Notes under the pieces: model-generated
Databases searched by the model: none
What the model was told of the DNA's origin: nothing
The model's input: the letters and a program-made list of their open reading frames with translations, nothing else
Position numbers and translations under genes: made by a program
In this document: positions 10,603 through 20,761 of the stretch, in pieces
How the letters are laid out: the number at the start of each line of letters is the position of its first letter
Position numbering within the stretch: position 1 is the stretch's first letter
Source: Obrimoposthia wandeli
Taxonomy: Eukaryota
DNA: 64,000 nt
Assembly: GCA_977020255.1 (NCBI GenBank)
Contig: CDROCS010000506.1
Span: forward strand, 558,001 to 622,000
Reading direction: 5' to 3'

Positions 10603-11490
10603 ATGACAACGCAGATTTTAACTCGTTCACTGGGTGTTTCTCGTTTATTCGTATTGCTCATTACGATGTTATTGAGCTTTTCAAGTCGTGCTGAAATTAA
10701 CTTGATTTTTGGTCTTTATACATCAGATAAACCAACAACCATGGTGACTAAATTTAAGCCTTTTATTAATACTCTCGAAGCACAAATGACTCATAAACTA
10801 AAACAGCCAGTCCGTATAAAAATGCATATATCCAGTAACTATAATGATGGCGTTCGCGCATTAACCAGTGGCCAAGTTGATTTTTCCCGTTTAGGCCCAG
10901 CGTCGTATATTACAGCTAAAGATATCAATGCCGATTTAACACTGCTTGCTATCGAGGCTAAAAAAGGTAAAAAGCGCTTTCATGGTATCATTGCCGTACA
11001 AACGGACAGTCCGATAACAAAAACGGAACAATTAATTGGTAAGCGATTCGCATTTGGCTCAGAACAATCAACGATCGGTCGCTACCTTTCTCAGAGTTAT
11101 CTTGCAGACCATCATGTTTTAGCCTCTGATTTAGCTAAATATGATTATTTAGACAGACATGACGCAGTAGGATCATCCGTAGCCGTTGGACGCTATGATG
11201 CTGGCGCGTTAAAAGAAGGCACGTTTAATAAGCTACGAAATAAAGGGGTTTTATTACGTGAAATAGCACGATTCCCTAACGTAACCAAACCTTGGGTTGC
11301 AAAAGCAGGCCTAGACGATGACATCGCGCAAGCTTTATCTGCACTGTTAATCGCGAGTAACGAATCAAATGCACTATACAAAAATTCATTCAGTAAAAAT
11401 GGGTTTCTAGCCGGTAATGACAGTGACTATGACATCATTCGTGAATCAATGAACGATAAGCGTTTTTTTGCAAAGAACCCGACTAAATGA
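10603..11490 (+). CDS. PhnD/phosphate-phosphonate family periplasmic substrate-binding protein
   Basis: Signal peptide, GKRFAFGSEQSTIG and RHDAV motifs resembling the PhnD-family STSG/HD anion-binding motifs; ATGA overlap with the downstream kinase. Confidence 0.75.
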   Translation: MTTQILTRSLGVSRLFVLLITMLLSFSSRAEINLIFGLYTSDKPTTMVTKFKPFINTLEAQMTHKLKQPVRIKMHISSNYNDGVRALTSGQVDFSRLGPASYITAKDINADLTLLAIEAKKGKKRFHGIIAVQTDSPITKTEQLIGKRFAFGSEQSTIGRYLSQSYLADHHVLASDLAKYDYLDRHDAVGSSVAVGRYDAGALKEGTFNKLRNKGVLLREIARFPNVTKPWVAKAGLDDDIAQALSALLIASNESNALYKNSFSKNGFLAGNDSDYDIIRESMNDKRFFAKNPTK

Positions 11491-13319
11491 CCAAGCTCGT
11501 AAATCATTTACCGCTCTGGTCCAAAATCCTCCTAACCACCTTGTGTATTACCCTCATCACAAGTTTAGCTGCCGGAGAGTTGGCTCGGCGTTTTGAATAT
11601 AACTACTTAACCAATAATCTAACCTTACAAATACAGCAAACATTAAATATTTTATCTGCAACAACCATCGATAGCGTGATAACAGAAGATATTCCGTTAC
11701 TTGAAACCATCATGTTACAAATATCATCGCATTACCCTAATATCGAATTCTTAGCCATTTATAATGAATTACACATAGTATTGGTCACTTGGGGGACTTT
11801 ACCCACAGAGGGAACCTTAGAACATCAAGTATTTCAGCAACCAGTGAGCTTTGAGGGTGAAACATTTGGTTATATGAAAATAGCCGTCAGCACCGCGAGT
11901 TTACGAGATGATATAACCGATCACGTAAACTTAATTCGTCTACTTATTGCCTTAATATTATTATGTTTAGCGCTCGCAATCTCATTATTACTGTATTCAT
12001 CAGTACTCAAACCTATCACCAACATCAATAATCGATTATTACGCTTGTCACAACAACATCAAGCCGATGAGCAGATCACGTTAGTATCAACAAACGAATT
12101 AGATCGCTTAAATGAATCAGTAGATCTTATTCAAGACTTTACACTCAAGCAAAAAAAGCGTGAGCTACAATTACATATAGCGAAAGAACAGGCAATTAAT
12201 GCCAATACCACAAAATCGATTTTTCTCGCCACCATGAGCCATGAAATAAGAAACCCTATGCATGCGATTTTAGGCGCCCTATCACTAATCAACAAGCGTG
12301 ACATGGACGCTGAACAGCAAAGCTTTCTCGATACCAGTCTAAAATCCGCCAATATATTACTGAGTTTATTAAACAACATTCTCGATATATCAAAAATCGA
12401 AGCTGGAAAATTACAACTCGAGTATCACCCTTTTAATATTCAGGATGTTTTGCTGGGTGTTACTAGCGTTCTTGAGCCATTAGCCAAGAAAAAGCACATT
12501 ACTTTAAATCATTCAAGCAATATTGATGCACCTTTATGGCTACTCGGTGATGATAATCGGTTAACGCAAATACTCATTAATTTGACTAACAATGCCATAA
12601 AATTCACCCCGCAAGGTCAAGTCAACGTAATAATGAAAGCAGTAACAGGGCAACACTATACGCAAATATATTTCACGATAAAAGACAGTGGTATTGGTAT
12701 CCCAGAGCATAAAATACAGCATATATTCGATAATTTTGTACAATCAGATAGCTCTTTTTCACGAGAATATGGCGGCTCAGGTTTAGGGCTTGCCATCTCA
12801 AAACAACTAGTCTGCTTGATGAAAGGAAGCATTACTGTAACAAGTCAATTAGATGAAGGCAGTGAGTTTACGATCGCCCTCACACTAGAAAACACAGTAG
12901 CGCCTGAGAATACAGAACGAGCATCACTAACACATACAATATCGGCAGGATCCCCTGTCCACCTACTGCTAGTTGAAGACAATAAAGCCAATCAATTTAT
13001 TACCAAAACGATCCTGCAGCGTGCGGGATATGTCGTTGATGTAGCAGGGAATGGTTCACTTGCTATTGCAGCCTGTGAAAAACAACGTTATCAATTAATC
13101 TTAATGGATTTACAGATGCCAGAAATGGATGGTTTTGATGCGACGAAAGGAATACGTAAGCCCAATAATATGAACCTACACACTCCAATTGTAGCGATGA
13201 CAGCAAACGCCACAATTGAAGATAGAAAAAATACCCTCGCGGTCGGAATGAATGACTTTTTAATGAAGCCTGTCCGCGAGGAGCAGTTAATGCAAAAGAT
13301 CCAGTATTGGTTAAATTAA
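11487..13319 (+). CDS. Hybrid sensor histidine kinase (2 TM, HAMP-like, HisKA, HATPase, REC)
   Basis: FLATMSHEIRNP H-box, LTNNAIKFT N-box, DSGIGI, GGSGLGLAIS, REC motifs LLVEDN and LMDLQMPEMDG. Confidence 0.93.
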   Translation: MTKLVNHLPLWSKILLTTLCITLITSLAAGELARRFEYNYLTNNLTLQIQQTLNILSATTIDSVITEDIPLLETIMLQISSHYPNIEFLAIYNELHIVLVTWGTLPTEGTLEHQVFQQPVSFEGETFGYMKIAVSTASLRDDITDHVNLIRLLIALILLCLALAISLLLYSSVLKPITNINNRLLRLSQQHQADEQITLVSTNELDRLNESVDLIQDFTLKQKKRELQLHIAKEQAINANTTKSIFLATMSHEIRNPMHAILGALSLINKRDMDAEQQSFLDTSLKSANILLSLLNNILDISKIEAGKLQLEYHPFNIQDVLLGVTSVLEPLAKKKHITLNHSSNIDAPLWLLGDDNRLTQILINLTNNAIKFTPQGQVNVIMKAVTGQHYTQIYFTIKDSGIGIPEHKIQHIFDNFVQSDSSFSREYGGSGLGLAISKQLVCLMKGSITVTSQLDEGSEFTIALTLENTVAPENTERASLTHTISAGSPVHLLLVEDNKANQFITKTILQRAGYVVDVAGNGSLAIAACEKQRYQLILMDLQMPEMDGFDATKGIRKPNNMNLHTPIVAMTANATIEDRKNTLAVGMNDFLMKPVREEQLMQKIQYWLN

Positions 13320-13339
13320 AGATTTAGCTGAGGAGCCTA

Positions 13340-14353
13340 TTAGCTAAATTGATAATTAAATTTAGCGATTGAATCTGCATTTTCTTGCCATAAACGACTC
13401 ATTTTTAACTCATCTAATGAAAAACTACTGCGGTGTTTAAGGTTAAAATCATCCGTGGTTAAATCATTATCCAAACCATCCAATAACGCGGCAACACCGG
13501 TGCGATCATTACACGCCAATAATAAATTACAGCCTGCCCACATCGCTTGCTCAGCACGCTCTAAATAGTTACCAGCAACACTCGCGCCATGCATAGATAA
13601 ATCATCAGAAAAAATAGCCCCTTTAAAGCCTAACTCTTGTCTTAATACGGTTTGTAACCAGTATTGAGAAAAACCAGCCGCTTTACTATCTACCTGCTGA
13701 TAAATCACGTGCGCAGGCATAATGGCATCAAGTTGCGAGTCAGCAATAAGCGCTTTAAATGGCAACAAATCAGTTTCAGTGATTTCCGCTAAACTGCGCT
13801 CATCAATCGGCAGGGCAATATGTGAATCAGCTAATACGCTGCCATGACCAGGGAAGTGTTTACCTGTGGTTTTCATTCCAGCCTTATGCATGCCAATACA
13901 CAGTTCAGTTGACAAATCAGTAACCCAACTTGGATCTGCATGGAACGAACGGTCACCAATCACTTGACTACCACGCTCTAGATCCAGCACTGGTGCAAAA
14001 CTTAAATCAATATCAAACGCGAGTAGCTCCGCAGCTAACATCCAGCCACATTGCTGGGTGAACTGTTTTGCGCTATCACGATCATCGGCATAGAGTTCAG
14101 CTATTTTTCCCATTGCTGGTATACGGGTGAACTGCTCACGAAAACGCTGTACTCGGCCACCTTCATGATCCACCGAGATCACGATAGGCGCACCTGCGGC
14201 TTTACGAATTGATTTAATTAAGGCGCTTAACTGAGCATGATCACCATAGTTACGGGTAAATAAGATCAGCCCACCGGTTAATGGGTGTGCCAAGATCTCT
14301 TTGTCTTCAGCGGTCAATTCATAACCGTTAACATCTACTATTACTGGTCCCAC
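13340..14353 (-). CDS. nagZ: Beta-N-acetylhexosaminidase (GH3)
   Basis: VDHEGGRVQRFR, KHFPGHG, DSH, FSDDLSM motifs; GTG start. Confidence 0.96.
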   Translation of the reverse strand: MGPVIVDVNGYELTAEDKEILAHPLTGGLILFTRNYGDHAQLSALIKSIRKAAGAPIVISVDHEGGRVQRFREQFTRIPAMGKIAELYADDRDSAKQFTQQCGWMLAAELLAFDIDLSFAPVLDLERGSQVIGDRSFHADPSWVTDLSTELCIGMHKAGMKTTGKHFPGHGSVLADSHIALPIDERSLAEITETDLLPFKALIADSQLDAIMPAHVIYQQVDSKAAGFSQYWLQTVLRQELGFKGAIFSDDLSMHGASVAGNYLERAEQAMWAGCNLLLACNDRTGVAALLDGLDNDLTTDDFNLKHRSSFSLDELKMSRLWQENADSIAKFNYQFS

Positions 14354-14395
14354 GTTTATTCCTCAGTTAATTGTCTAAATGGTTTAACTTATAAA

Positions 14396-15331
14396 TTAGT
14401 TAATCGTTAATCGTCTAATTTTGTCTGCAATAGCACGTTCAGATTGCTGCCATAGCGTTAAATAAGTCGTCTCTTTATCTTGCTGGAACATCACAATACA
14501 CCACAGCAGGGTCATCATCTCGACGACCACAGCCATCATATCTATCTGCCTAGCCGTGACTTGAACTGGGTCTTGCGCCGGGCCTTGTGCCGGGCCCTGT
14601 ACAGCACAGTAATATTGATTGTAATACTTTAAAAACAGCGCTTGCTGTTCGGTCTCCCACGCAAAAGTCTGAAACAAGGTCGCGATGTCAAAATCACCAT
14701 GCCCCGCGGCGGCAAACTCCCAGTCCAGCAAATATAACTTAGTCTGCGCATCTTCGATAAAATTCAATGGATTCATATCATGATGACAAAAAACGATTCT
14801 ATTGGCAGGTAAATGTTGTTGGATCAAGTTTATCACCAGCGCCAGCTGCTGTGCTAGCTGCGCAGTTTGAAATTCACTATCGAGAATTTGGTAATAATGC
14901 TGCAAGCGCTCGACCATATCCAGATGGTGATGAGGTAGAGGCTGTTGATGAAGCGTAGCGACTAATTGCGCTATTTTTTCTATATTGTCATCGTGGCATT
15001 GCGCGCTAGGATCCCAATGTTGACCTGCTATCCAATCACAGATCATGCCCTGCTCATGCTCGACAATTATCTTCGGCGCTAAACCGATACTGGCTGCCTG
15101 TGCTTGCGCTGCATATTCATGCTCAACATTGTTATCCATGTCGTTATAACTAGATGATAATTGCCGCACGAAATAACAATATTCAACATTATCACGCTGA
15201 AATTCAAGTCGATAATTATAATTGCTCAATCCACCGGGTACAGGAGTCAAAGAGAATAATTTAGGACTAAATTGCACCACAAAATCAGGCGCAATATCAA
15301 CACTGGTTAGCTGTTCCGGTTTCAGGATCAT
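14396..15331 (-). CDS. Choline/thiamine kinase-like phosphotransferase (occupies the thiK position)
   Basis: GGLSNYNY, CHHDMNPLN and LLDWEFA phosphotransferase motifs; same position as thiK in the enterobacterial hinT-ycfL-lpoB-thiK-nagZ operon. Confidence 0.75.
   Translation of the reverse strand: MILKPEQLTSVDIAPDFVVQFSPKLFSLTPVPGGLSNYNYRLEFQRDNVEYCYFVRQLSSSYNDMDNNVEHEYAAQAQAASIGLAPKIIVEHEQGMICDWIAGQHWDPSAQCHDDNIEKIAQLVATLHQQPLPHHHLDMVERLQHYYQILDSEFQTAQLAQQLALVINLIQQHLPANRIVFCHHDMNPLNFIEDAQTKLYLLDWEFAAAGHGDFDIATLFQTFAWETEQQALFLKYYNQYYCAVQGPAQGPAQDPVQVTARQIDMMAVVVEMMTLLWCIVMFQQDKETTYLTLWQQSERAIADKIRRLTIN
14561..14602 (-). repeat. In-frame 12-bp micro-repeat (VQGP-AQGP-AQDP-VQ) in the kinase gene
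   Basis: Three degenerate 12-bp units read directly from the sequence. Confidence 0.7.
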
Positions 15332-15864
15332 AACAAGATCACACGACTCACGTATGCTTCAACGGTATTGAAACGATTATTCATCAGTTCAATCGTTAGC
15401 ACATAACTATTCGGCGTATTCTCTGCGTTAACAATACTAATCAGCAATGAATAACGTCCCTCTAGCATTACCGCTTGTTGATCTTTTTCTACGACAGACA
15501 AAAGTTGATCTTGTTCTGTGGCGGACAAAATTGGCATATCGAACCAGCGAGATTGTGTCAGTGTTTCTGCACTTGCACGTTGTAACTCTTGATGCGTGAT
15601 TGGCAGAGAAACGACACTGCTGGGATAGCGAATATACAGACTTTGGCCATGTTCAAAATCACCTTGCACAAAGAAAGGTTGCTGCAACAGCAGTCCATTT
15701 AACTCGCGCACTTGAGTCGTTAATGGGTGCTCTTCAATCGTCTCAAGTGACATTTTCTGTGAGTCTGCCGGTGAGAGTTGTTGCGCGACTTGCTGCGAAG
15801 GCGCAGTACAAGCCGTAACCAACAATGCGCTAAGCAGATACGATAGTATGAGGATCCATTTCAT
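15328..15864 (-). CDS. Lipoprotein, possibly a divergent LpoB
   Basis: Lipobox LVTAC (Cys19); lies between hinT and the thiK-like gene, where lpoB sits in enterobacteria. Confidence 0.55.
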   Translation of the reverse strand: MKWILILSYLLSALLVTACTAPSQQVAQQLSPADSQKMSLETIEEHPLTTQVRELNGLLLQQPFFVQGDFEHGQSLYIRYPSSVVSLPITHQELQRASAETLTQSRWFDMPILSATEQDQLLSVVEKDQQAVMLEGRYSLLISIVNAENTPNSYVLTIELMNNRFNTVEAYVSRVILL

Positions 15865-15895
15865 TTATACTCTCCCAGCATGCTGTTGTTAAAAA

Positions 15896-16249
15896 CTATT
15901 TTACCGTAACCATAGCGCCAAGCTGTTCGCCGCCTACCAGATGCATGTGCAAATGATAAACTTCTTGGCCACCGTGTTTATTGCAATTCACAATAAGACG
16001 ATAGCCATTTTCAGCGATGCCTTCTTGTTCGGCTATTTTACGTGCCACGGTGAATAAACGCCCTAATGCAAGCTCATCGGCTTCGCATACATCATTGGTC
16101 GTCGGGATCAGTTTATTAGGGATAATCAATACATGTGTTGATGCTTTTGGACTAATATCACGAAATGCTGTCACTAACTCATCTTGGTAAAGAATATCAG
16201 CGGGGATGTCTTTATTAATGATCTTACGAAAAATCGTTTCTTCTGCCAT
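15896..16249 (-). CDS. hinT: Purine nucleoside phosphoramidase (HIT family)
   Basis: [11 protein letters not shown] start, HLHMH histidine triad. Confidence 0.95.
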   Translation of the reverse strand: MAEETIFRKIINKDIPADILYQDELVTAFRDISPKASTHVLIIPNKLIPTTNDVCEADELALGRLFTVARKIAEQEGIAENGYRLIVNCNKHGGQEVYHLHMHLVGGEQLGAMVTVK

Positions 16250-16293
16250 TTTTTAGCTCCATTACAAAATTAAGTCTTTTGATAATAACAAAA

Positions 16294-16338
16294 AAGCCCG
16301 CTAGTCGCTACAATATGAGTGTAGTGGCTAGCGGGCTT
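16294..16338 (-). terminator. Intrinsic terminator between the QueD-like gene and hinT
   Basis: AAGCCCGCTAG/CTAGCGGGCTT outer stem with extended inner pairing; T run on the minus strand. Confidence 0.75.
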
Positions 16339-16381
16339 CTTATTTAACTAAAACAGTGAATAATGTCACTGTTAAGTGCAA

Positions 16382-17254
16382 TTAAGCAGAGGCAATAGCG
16401 CCTTTACCAACACCTTCATACGCAAATACCGTCAAAGTATCACTGCAATCTTTTGCTAATGTATCAGCAATATACTGGGCAATATTTTCAACTGTTGTTT
16501 CAGTCGGCATGATCTCGACAATTGACTTACCAATCGCCAGTTGGAATTCACCTTGTGGCGCCTGATATTTAAAACAGTAATGTTCCGGCGTTAATGCCGC
16601 CATCCCAGCGCGAGATAGTGATAACTCAGACGCTGATACCATATCGCACTGCTCTGCAAGGTAGATGTCTTTCCAACGCTCTGCCCAGCTCAGTTCAAGT
16701 GCGCTATCACGCTCATCGTTACGTAATATTTCTATCGTCGAGCGATGACCATGGGCGATACGCTGGCAATTACCTAAATGTTTACGTAAACCATGACTGT
16801 AGCAGTATTCTGCACCGTCAATTTTTTCTTCACGTAATTTAACATCAAGTTTTTTAACATTGTTTGGTAAGCGCAGCATTAACTGCTCAGTCAAATATGT
16901 TTCTAAACTAGCAAGAGTAATTTCCGCTGTTGGGATCAATGCAAATGCTTGGTCAGGACAAGCTAAATGAATTGATTCACTGTGCTCACGCCATACATCG
17001 ACATAAGTAAATGCACCATCGCTCATCACATCACAAAATTTAGCATGTGCAGGTACGATCAATTTATGATCGACTAATTCATCAACCGTCGACTTAATCA
17101 GTTTTTTCACAATCCCAAAATCAAGGATCATGCTTTGTTCATTTAAGTCACCATGCAGAACAATATCCACTAACCAACTTTGGCCAATAACGCCGCGTGA
17201 ATAATCTAATACTGAAGAATCAATAACAGTAAGATCTTTGACGAATAATTTCAT
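16382..17254 (-). CDS. 6-carboxytetrahydropterin synthase/PTPS-family protein with tandem T-fold domains
   Basis: N-terminal half has ILDFG...VDHK; C-terminal half has CQRIAHGH and PTETTVENIA; about twice the length of a single QueD. Confidence 0.75.
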   Translation of the reverse strand: MKLFVKDLTVIDSSVLDYSRGVIGQSWLVDIVLHGDLNEQSMILDFGIVKKLIKSTVDELVDHKLIVPAHAKFCDVMSDGAFTYVDVWREHSESIHLACPDQAFALIPTAEITLASLETYLTEQLMLRLPNNVKKLDVKLREEKIDGAEYCYSHGLRKHLGNCQRIAHGHRSTIEILRNDERDSALELSWAERWKDIYLAEQCDMVSASELSLSRAGMAALTPEHYCFKYQAPQGEFQLAIGKSIVEIMPTETTVENIAQYIADTLAKDCSDTLTVFAYEGVGKGAIASA

Positions 17255-17320
17255 CTAAATAATGTCCTTTATGGTAACTAAAATAGGTAGCGCTGTTTGA
17301 GTAATACTCATTGATCAATG

Positions 17321-17713
17321 CTATTTTTGTGCGTCGTATTCATCTTTAAATGAAGCGTTAAGTTCTTCACTATCAACCACAACTACATCTTGGCCTGCTT
17401 TTGGAAATACTGAGATAACAACGCCATCTGCAGCAAGACCTGGTAACCAATTGTTACGCCAAGCACCCATTTCAATTTTAAGCGGTTGGCACGCAGCCCA
17501 ATCGCCTTGGATCCACTCACTTGCAAACTCGGCATGTGGCCAAACTGGGATGCTTCTTTCGCCTTCAGTTTCGCTAATAACAAAACCGTTCTCGTCTGCT
17601 AATGTCCATATTTCTTCAGACTTAACTGCACGAAATATGAAATAGTTGAAACGTGCTTCAGGTGATTTCTCAACAGCGTCAGCAGTTTGCTTGTCATGGA
17701 TTTTAAATGTCAT
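17321..17713 (-). CDS. DUF2750-like hypothetical protein
   Basis: EEIWTL, IPVWPHAEFA, WLPGL motifs that I associate with DUF2750. Confidence 0.65.
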   Translation of the reverse strand: MTFKIHDKQTADAVEKSPEARFNYFIFRAVKSEEIWTLADENGFVISETEGERSIPVWPHAEFASEWIQGDWAACQPLKIEMGAWRNNWLPGLAADGVVISVFPKAGQDVVVVDSEELNASFKDEYDAQK

Positions 17714-17790
17714 AATTTTCTCTCAAGAAACCGCCGTTTGCAGTTTCAAATAATGTTTATAATAAAGCAGCCGAGGATTGTACGCTGCGT

Positions 17791-17840
17791 AATAATAAAT
17801 ACCAATAATAAATACTAATAATAAGAGTAAATAATAAAAG
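17791..17840. repeat. 13-bp-period AT-rich tandem repeat (about 4 units)
   Basis: AATAATAAATACC / AATAATAAATACT / AATAATAAGAGTA / AATAATAAAAG. Confidence 0.7.
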
Positions 17841-17868
17841 CCAGTATTACTATTTTCCAACAGCAAGT

Positions 17869-18810
17869 TTATTTTACAAATGACAACTTGCGTAAATAAC
17901 GCGGTAACATGGTTTCATTACCCTGCAATCCACCTTGGTGTATATAAAGAATGGGGCGATTATCGCTATTTTCAAGTCCTGCAGCGGTATTCTCATTCAT
18001 CATGGTAAATTCACGCTGCAAGCATAACCAAGCGAGCGGATCGTAAAGTAAATCAAATTCTATATTGGTGGTTTGTTTTAACTGCGTCCATATATGATAA
18101 AACGGCAGGTAAAGCTTACCAAAATGATACTTCTTATCAGTGCAAAGTACAGTCGGATGTGACGATTCATCAGCACACAAAGCGAAGAACTGTTGCTTTA
18201 AATAACTATTCCCACCCACACAGGCACATGCTTGCACTTCAAAAGGTAAGTTTTTCTGTAAAAATAACGCGGTTGTGCCAGTTCCTGCAGGCAACACTAC
18301 CCTAATATCGGCGTACGACTTTGCTTTGGCCCAAGCCATGATCTCATCAGCGAGTATTTTCAATCCCGTTTCAGCATACTGACATCGGCCACCTTCAGGA
18401 ATGAATACGGCGTGTTTGCCCTGCTCTACTAACGTCGGTAATACTTGCTGTTCAATATGTTCTATCACTGTCGATTCAGAATCAACAACAATAATGTGCG
18501 CGCCATACGCTAATGCAGCGCGGTAATTACCTTGGGGATTATCAATAAGATACTGCGGTAAGTGATCAACGTAATAATGCAGCTGGCATTGCTTTAACTG
18601 TGCTAATACGGCTAAAGAATACAAGGAATTAGCTTGAGCAGAACCGTGGCCAACCAGAATATCAACTTGGGATAAATCTTGTTGTAAGAAATGATAAAAT
18701 TTTCTAGCTTTGTTACCCGTAAAAGCCACATCTAATAAGTCATCACGCTTAACATACACTTGATGACCTAAGAATTCGATTTCATCGACAGGGGTATTGC
18801 GTAGTTGCAC
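17869..18810 (-). CDS. PLP-dependent ACC deaminase/D-cysteine desulfhydrase family protein
   Basis: VKRDDLL...GNKARK PLP-lysine motif, IPEGG, GTGTT, DLLYD. Confidence 0.85.
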   Translation of the reverse strand: MQLRNTPVDEIEFLGHQVYVKRDDLLDVAFTGNKARKFYHFLQQDLSQVDILVGHGSAQANSLYSLAVLAQLKQCQLHYYVDHLPQYLIDNPQGNYRAALAYGAHIIVVDSESTVIEHIEQQVLPTLVEQGKHAVFIPEGGRCQYAETGLKILADEIMAWAKAKSYADIRVVLPAGTGTTALFLQKNLPFEVQACACVGGNSYLKQQFFALCADESSHPTVLCTDKKYHFGKLYLPFYHIWTQLKQTTNIEFDLLYDPLAWLCLQREFTMMNENTAAGLENSDNRPILYIHQGGLQGNETMLPRYLRKLSFVK

Positions 18811-18836
18811 AGAGGAGTCCTCGTTTTATTACCTAA

Positions 18837-19637
18837 CTAAACTGACGTCGGCAGAGCCGCAGAGACAATGAATTGACGTCCGTTAACGGCCAATAATTCG
18901 GTATCAACATCATAGACTTGTTTAATGGTATCAACCGTTAACACTTGATTCGCACTGCCCTGACCAACAACACGCCCAGCCTTTAATAATAACACTTCCG
19001 ATGCATGGTTAAGGGCGAGGTTCAAATCATGAATAGAGGCGATAATGGTGATACCTTGCTGTGAAAATTCTTGGAGCATTTGTAATACTTCAATTTGGTG
19101 CTTTAAATCCAGACCTGTTAATGGTTCATCTAATAAGCACAGCACAGATTGTTTATTTAATATTGGCGATACTTGTACCAAGGTCCGCGCAATCAATACC
19201 CGCTGCCATTCACCACCTGATAGTTGGTCACAATTTCGCGTGACTAATTTCGCTATATCCAAACGCGATAACAGCTGGTTAATCACCAGACAGGCCTGCT
19301 CATCTTCCAAATTAATACCTAAAGGATGTAAGCCTAAAGCGATAAATTGATACACAGGGATAGCAAAAGGCGGCGGCGATGCTTGCGGTAACCAAGCGCG
19401 CTGAAGTGCAAGTTCTGCTATCGGATATTCAGCCACGTTGCGTTCAGCCAATTGATACTCGCCTTGGCAAGCTTGGGTATGACCTGCAAGCAATGATAAT
19501 AAAGTGCTTTTACCACTGCCGTTTGGGCCTAATAAAAACAGGCAACTACCAGCATCAACCGAGATGTTAATGTCATGTAAGCGTTGCTGATAATTAATCG
19601 CAGCTAACTTTATTATGTCAGATTGGTTCATCATCAA
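18837..19637 (-). CDS. btuD: Vitamin B12 ABC transporter ATP-binding protein
   Basis: GPNGSGKST Walker A, LSGGEWQRV signature typical of BtuD; follows btuC. Confidence 0.85.
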   Translation of the reverse strand: MMMNQSDIIKLAAINYQQRLHDINISVDAGSCLFLLGPNGSGKSTLLSLLAGHTQACQGEYQLAERNVAEYPIAELALQRAWLPQASPPPFAIPVYQFIALGLHPLGINLEDEQACLVINQLLSRLDIAKLVTRNCDQLSGGEWQRVLIARTLVQVSPILNKQSVLCLLDEPLTGLDLKHQIEVLQMLQEFSQQGITIIASIHDLNLALNHASEVLLLKAGRVVGQGSANQVLTVDTIKQVYDVDTELLAVNGRQFIVSAALPTSV

Positions 19638-19643
19638 ACTACC

Positions 19644-20663
19644 TTATATATCTTGCTTGCGCAGTAACAAATAGATAAAGAATGGCGCTCCAAGGCTAGC
19701 GGTTATTGCACCGACAGGTAACTCAGCGGTCGCAAATGCGCTGCGGGCAATGAGATCTGCTAATAATAAAAAGCTCGCCCCAAGTAACGCCGACGCAGGC
19801 ACCAAGAAACGTAACTGACTAGTCACCAATATGCGCAGAATATGCGGGATCACTAAACCAATGAAACTAATCACCCCGGCCATGGACACTGATATACCAG
19901 TCAATACAGCAACGCATAAAATTAATTGAATACGTAATTTAGGTACATCAATACCAGATTGAAAAGCGCCCTGCTCACCAAACTGTAACAGGTTAAGCGC
20001 ATCGATACGGCGCATGATCCACACAAAACTCAAAGCCAGTGGTATCACCGCAATATAAATAAGGTCGGCACCATAGGCTAAATTGCCCATCATCCAATAC
20101 AGCATCTGACGCATGCTACTGTCATCTGAAAAATACAGCAACCAAGTCATTATCGCTCCCGAGAAGATGCCAATCGCCACACCCAATAATAAGATCTTAG
20201 TGGTGGGTAAATTATTCTTCGTCACTTGGTAGAGTAAACCAGTAACCAGACTAGCGCCGACAAAAGCCGATAGTGGCAAGATGTACTGCTGCAGCCCAGC
20301 AAATTGTGGTAATAGCGAATCAAGCAACACGATTGATAATACCGCAAACAAGCTGGCAAACGATGAAATACCGATCACACCAGGCTCCGCCAGCGAATTC
20401 GCCAATAGCACCTGTAAGATACAGCCTGCAACAGCTAACGCCCCGCCCACTAAAATAGCAGTCATAATACGTGGCAGGCGTAATTCAAATAACACTTGTT
20501 GTTGTAAAGGTGAGAGTCCGTTAACAATATCATCCAAACCAATACTAAAATTGCCGGAGGTAAGTGAGATAAAACTAACCACAACAAGAAAGATTGATAA
20601 CAAGATAAGGGTGGTGCGACTTTTTTGCGTACTGGCACGCTGTAATTCAAGGAGGTCGATCAT
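19644..20663 (-). CDS. btuC: Vitamin B12 ABC transporter permease (FecCD family)
   Basis: ELRLPR, NSLAEPGVIG, ISFIGLVIPH, ELPVGAITASLGAPFF. Confidence 0.85.
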   Translation of the reverse strand: MIDLLELQRASTQKSRTTLILLSIFLVVVSFISLTSGNFSIGLDDIVNGLSPLQQQVLFELRLPRIMTAILVGGALAVAGCILQVLLANSLAEPGVIGISSFASLFAVLSIVLLDSLLPQFAGLQQYILPLSAFVGASLVTGLLYQVTKNNLPTTKILLLGVAIGIFSGAIMTWLLYFSDDSSMRQMLYWMMGNLAYGADLIYIAVIPLALSFVWIMRRIDALNLLQFGEQGAFQSGIDVPKLRIQLILCVAVLTGISVSMAGVISFIGLVIPHILRILVTSQLRFLVPASALLGASFLLLADLIARSAFATAELPVGAITASLGAPFFIYLLLRKQDI

Positions 20664-20761
20664 AATTAAAATCGGAATTCAGAAGGAAACAGACAAGGTA
20701 CTTTAAATAATGTCAGCATAACGCTTAAGCACATTTTAAATACCTTGCCAGTAGGCTGTAA

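Noticed and set aside
17791-17840. 13-bp AT-rich repeat as a functional element (likewise the 15-bp repeat at 6343-6385 and the 12-bp repeat at 14561-14602)
   Set aside because: Short slippage-type duplications with no associated motif; recorded as repeats only
20664-20761. Cobalamin riboswitch upstream of btuC
   Set aside because: Only about 100 bp between seqA and btuC and no recognisable B12-box
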